From Anaerolineae bacterium (GTDB lineage Bacteria; Chloroflexota; Anaerolineae; 4572-78), in the NCBI GenBank assembly GCA_965199695.1, contig CBDAUV010000022.1, positions 3,526 through 67,525 of the forward strand: a stretch of 64,000 nt of DNA, read 5' to 3'. Below are positions 63,001-64,000 of this stretch, piece after piece. A model generated the notes under the pieces. That model worked only from the letters and a program-made list of their open reading frames with translations, was not told the origin of the DNA and ran no database searches. Positions within the stretch are counted from its first letter, which is position 1. The number at the start of each line of letters is the position of its first letter. The position numbers were made by a program, and so were the translations under genes.

Positions 63001-64000
63001 CAGCTCCAAAACTTTGCATGTGGACCCGGACGACCCCGGGAGTGCTTTGGTGCCATTAGTTTGCAAAGTTGCAACGCGCGCCAAGCTCGGCTAACTAGCC
63101 AGCCAGCCGGCCACACCCGGGGATCTGCCGGGCTGGTTAGCATAGTGTGACATTTTGCGCAGCTCTGAAACTTTGCATGTGGACTCGGACCAACCACGGG
63201 AGTGCTTTGGTGCCATTAGTTTGCAAAGTTGCGACGCGCGCCAAGCTTGGCTAATTAGCAATCGGGCTAGTTAGCATAGTGTGACATTTTGTGCAGCTCC
63301 AAAACTTTGCATGTGGACCCGGACCGACCCCGGGAGTGCTTTGGTGCCATTAGTTTGCAAAGTTGCGACGCGTGCCAAGCTCGGCTAATTAGCAATCGGG
63401 CTAGTTAGCATAGTGTGACATTTTGTGCAGCTCCAAAACTTTGCATGTGGACCCGGACCGACCCCGGGAGTGCTTTGGTGCCATTAGTTTGCAAAGTTGC
63501 GACGCGTGCCAAGCTCGGCTAATTAGCAATCGGGCTGGTTAGCATAGTGTGACATTTTGCGCAGCTCCGAAACTTTGCATGTGGACTCGGACCGACCCCG
63601 GGAGTGCTTTGGTGCCATTAGTTTGCAAAGTTGCGACGCGTGCCAAGCTCGGCTAATTAGCAATCGGGCCGGTTAGCATAGTGTGACATTTTGCGCAGCT
63701 CCGAAACTTTGCATGTGGACTCGGACCGACCCCGGGAGTGCTTTGGTGCCATTAGTTTGCAAAGTTGCGACGTGCGCCAAGCTCGGCTAAATAGCAATCG
63801 GGCTGGTTAGCATAGTGTCACAATTTGCGCAGCTCTGAAACTTTGCATATGGACCCGGACCGACCCAGGGAGTGCTTTGGTGCCATTAGTTTGCAAAGTT
63901 GCGACACGTGCCAAGCTCGGCTAACTAGCAATCCGACTGGTTAGCATAGTGTGACATTTTGCGCAGCTCCGAAACTTTGCATGTGGACCCGGACCGACCC
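60077..64000. repeat. Block F, copy 2 (runs to the window end)
   Basis: See copy 1. Confidence 0.9.

Larger units (their letters stand above)
1..64000. repeat. Uninterrupted head-to-tail satellite DNA array (monomers ~134 bp and ~160 bp, one orientation) that runs off both window edges
   Basis: Every stretch I inspected is a variant of one unit: gcatagtgtgacattttgcgcagctccgaaactttgcatgtggac[t/c]cggaccgaccccgggagtgctttggtgccattagtttgcaaagttgcgacgcgcgccaagctcggcta + linker + gggctggtta. Successive gcatag/gcacag landmarks are 134 or 160 bp apart (1141->1275, 847->1007). I saw no non-repeat sequence and no change of orientation. Confidence 0.97.

Noticed and set aside
1-64000. The roughly 300 ORFs (60-153 aa) in the supplied six-frame track considered as protein-coding genes
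   Set aside because: They recur with the 134/160-bp repeat and overlap one another on both strands and in several frames. Many start at non-ATG codons (e.g. TTG at 936). They exist almost only where the stop-free long linker replaces the short linker, which carries taa/tag stops. Their peptides are low-complexity reiterations (…AGCLVSRAWRASQLCKLMAPKHSRGRSGSTCKVSELRKMSHYANQ…). I see no promoter, RBS, intron or exon signal and no recognisable domain.
1-64000. A CRISPR array (regular direct repeats)
   Set aside because: There are no unique spacers. The entire period is the repeat, the units are 134/160 bp rather than ~28-37-bp repeats with similar-sized spacers, and no cas-like ORF exists.
1-64000. 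A novel prokaryotic-style system (defence island, operon, biosynthetic cluster)
   Set aside because: There is no non-repetitive coding capacity at all. 64 kb of homogeneous 134/160-bp tandem repeat is a eukaryotic satellite architecture.

Overview
The whole 64-kb window is one uninterrupted, single-orientation tandem array of a GC- and CpG-rich satellite DNA of eukaryotic type, and it runs off both window edges. The basic unit comes in two main length classes, 134 bp and 160 bp (about one third long where I counted). They differ only in a linker cassette between ...ctcggcta and gggctgg.... Rarer derivatives of 133, 145, 148, 150 and 175 bp also occur. I find no credible protein-coding gene, RNA gene, CRISPR array, transposon insertion, inversion or prokaryote-style gene system, so I do not think a novel gene system is present. 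All ORFs in the supplied track are 60-153-aa read-throughs of the repeat, mostly of the stop-free long linker. They overlap each other on both strands and recur with the repeat. The points worth a second look are architectural. (1) Small higher-order repeats (552, 697, 964 bp) are nested inside multi-kb blocks that recur almost identically at offsets of about 1.4-1.8, 5, 6.15, 8.8, 11.9, 21-22.5 and 28 kb, with in-register breakpoints. (2) Monomer variation is dominated by CpG transitions on a CpG-rich consensus. (3) Each monomer carries conserved dyad symmetry and a perfect palindrome. (4) The long monomer shows a by-eye, colinear resemblance to 5S rRNA, which is a hypothesis only. Source taxon and chromosomal position (centromeric or otherwise) cannot be determined from the sequence alone. 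Block coordinates are by-eye and good to roughly +/-50 bp.
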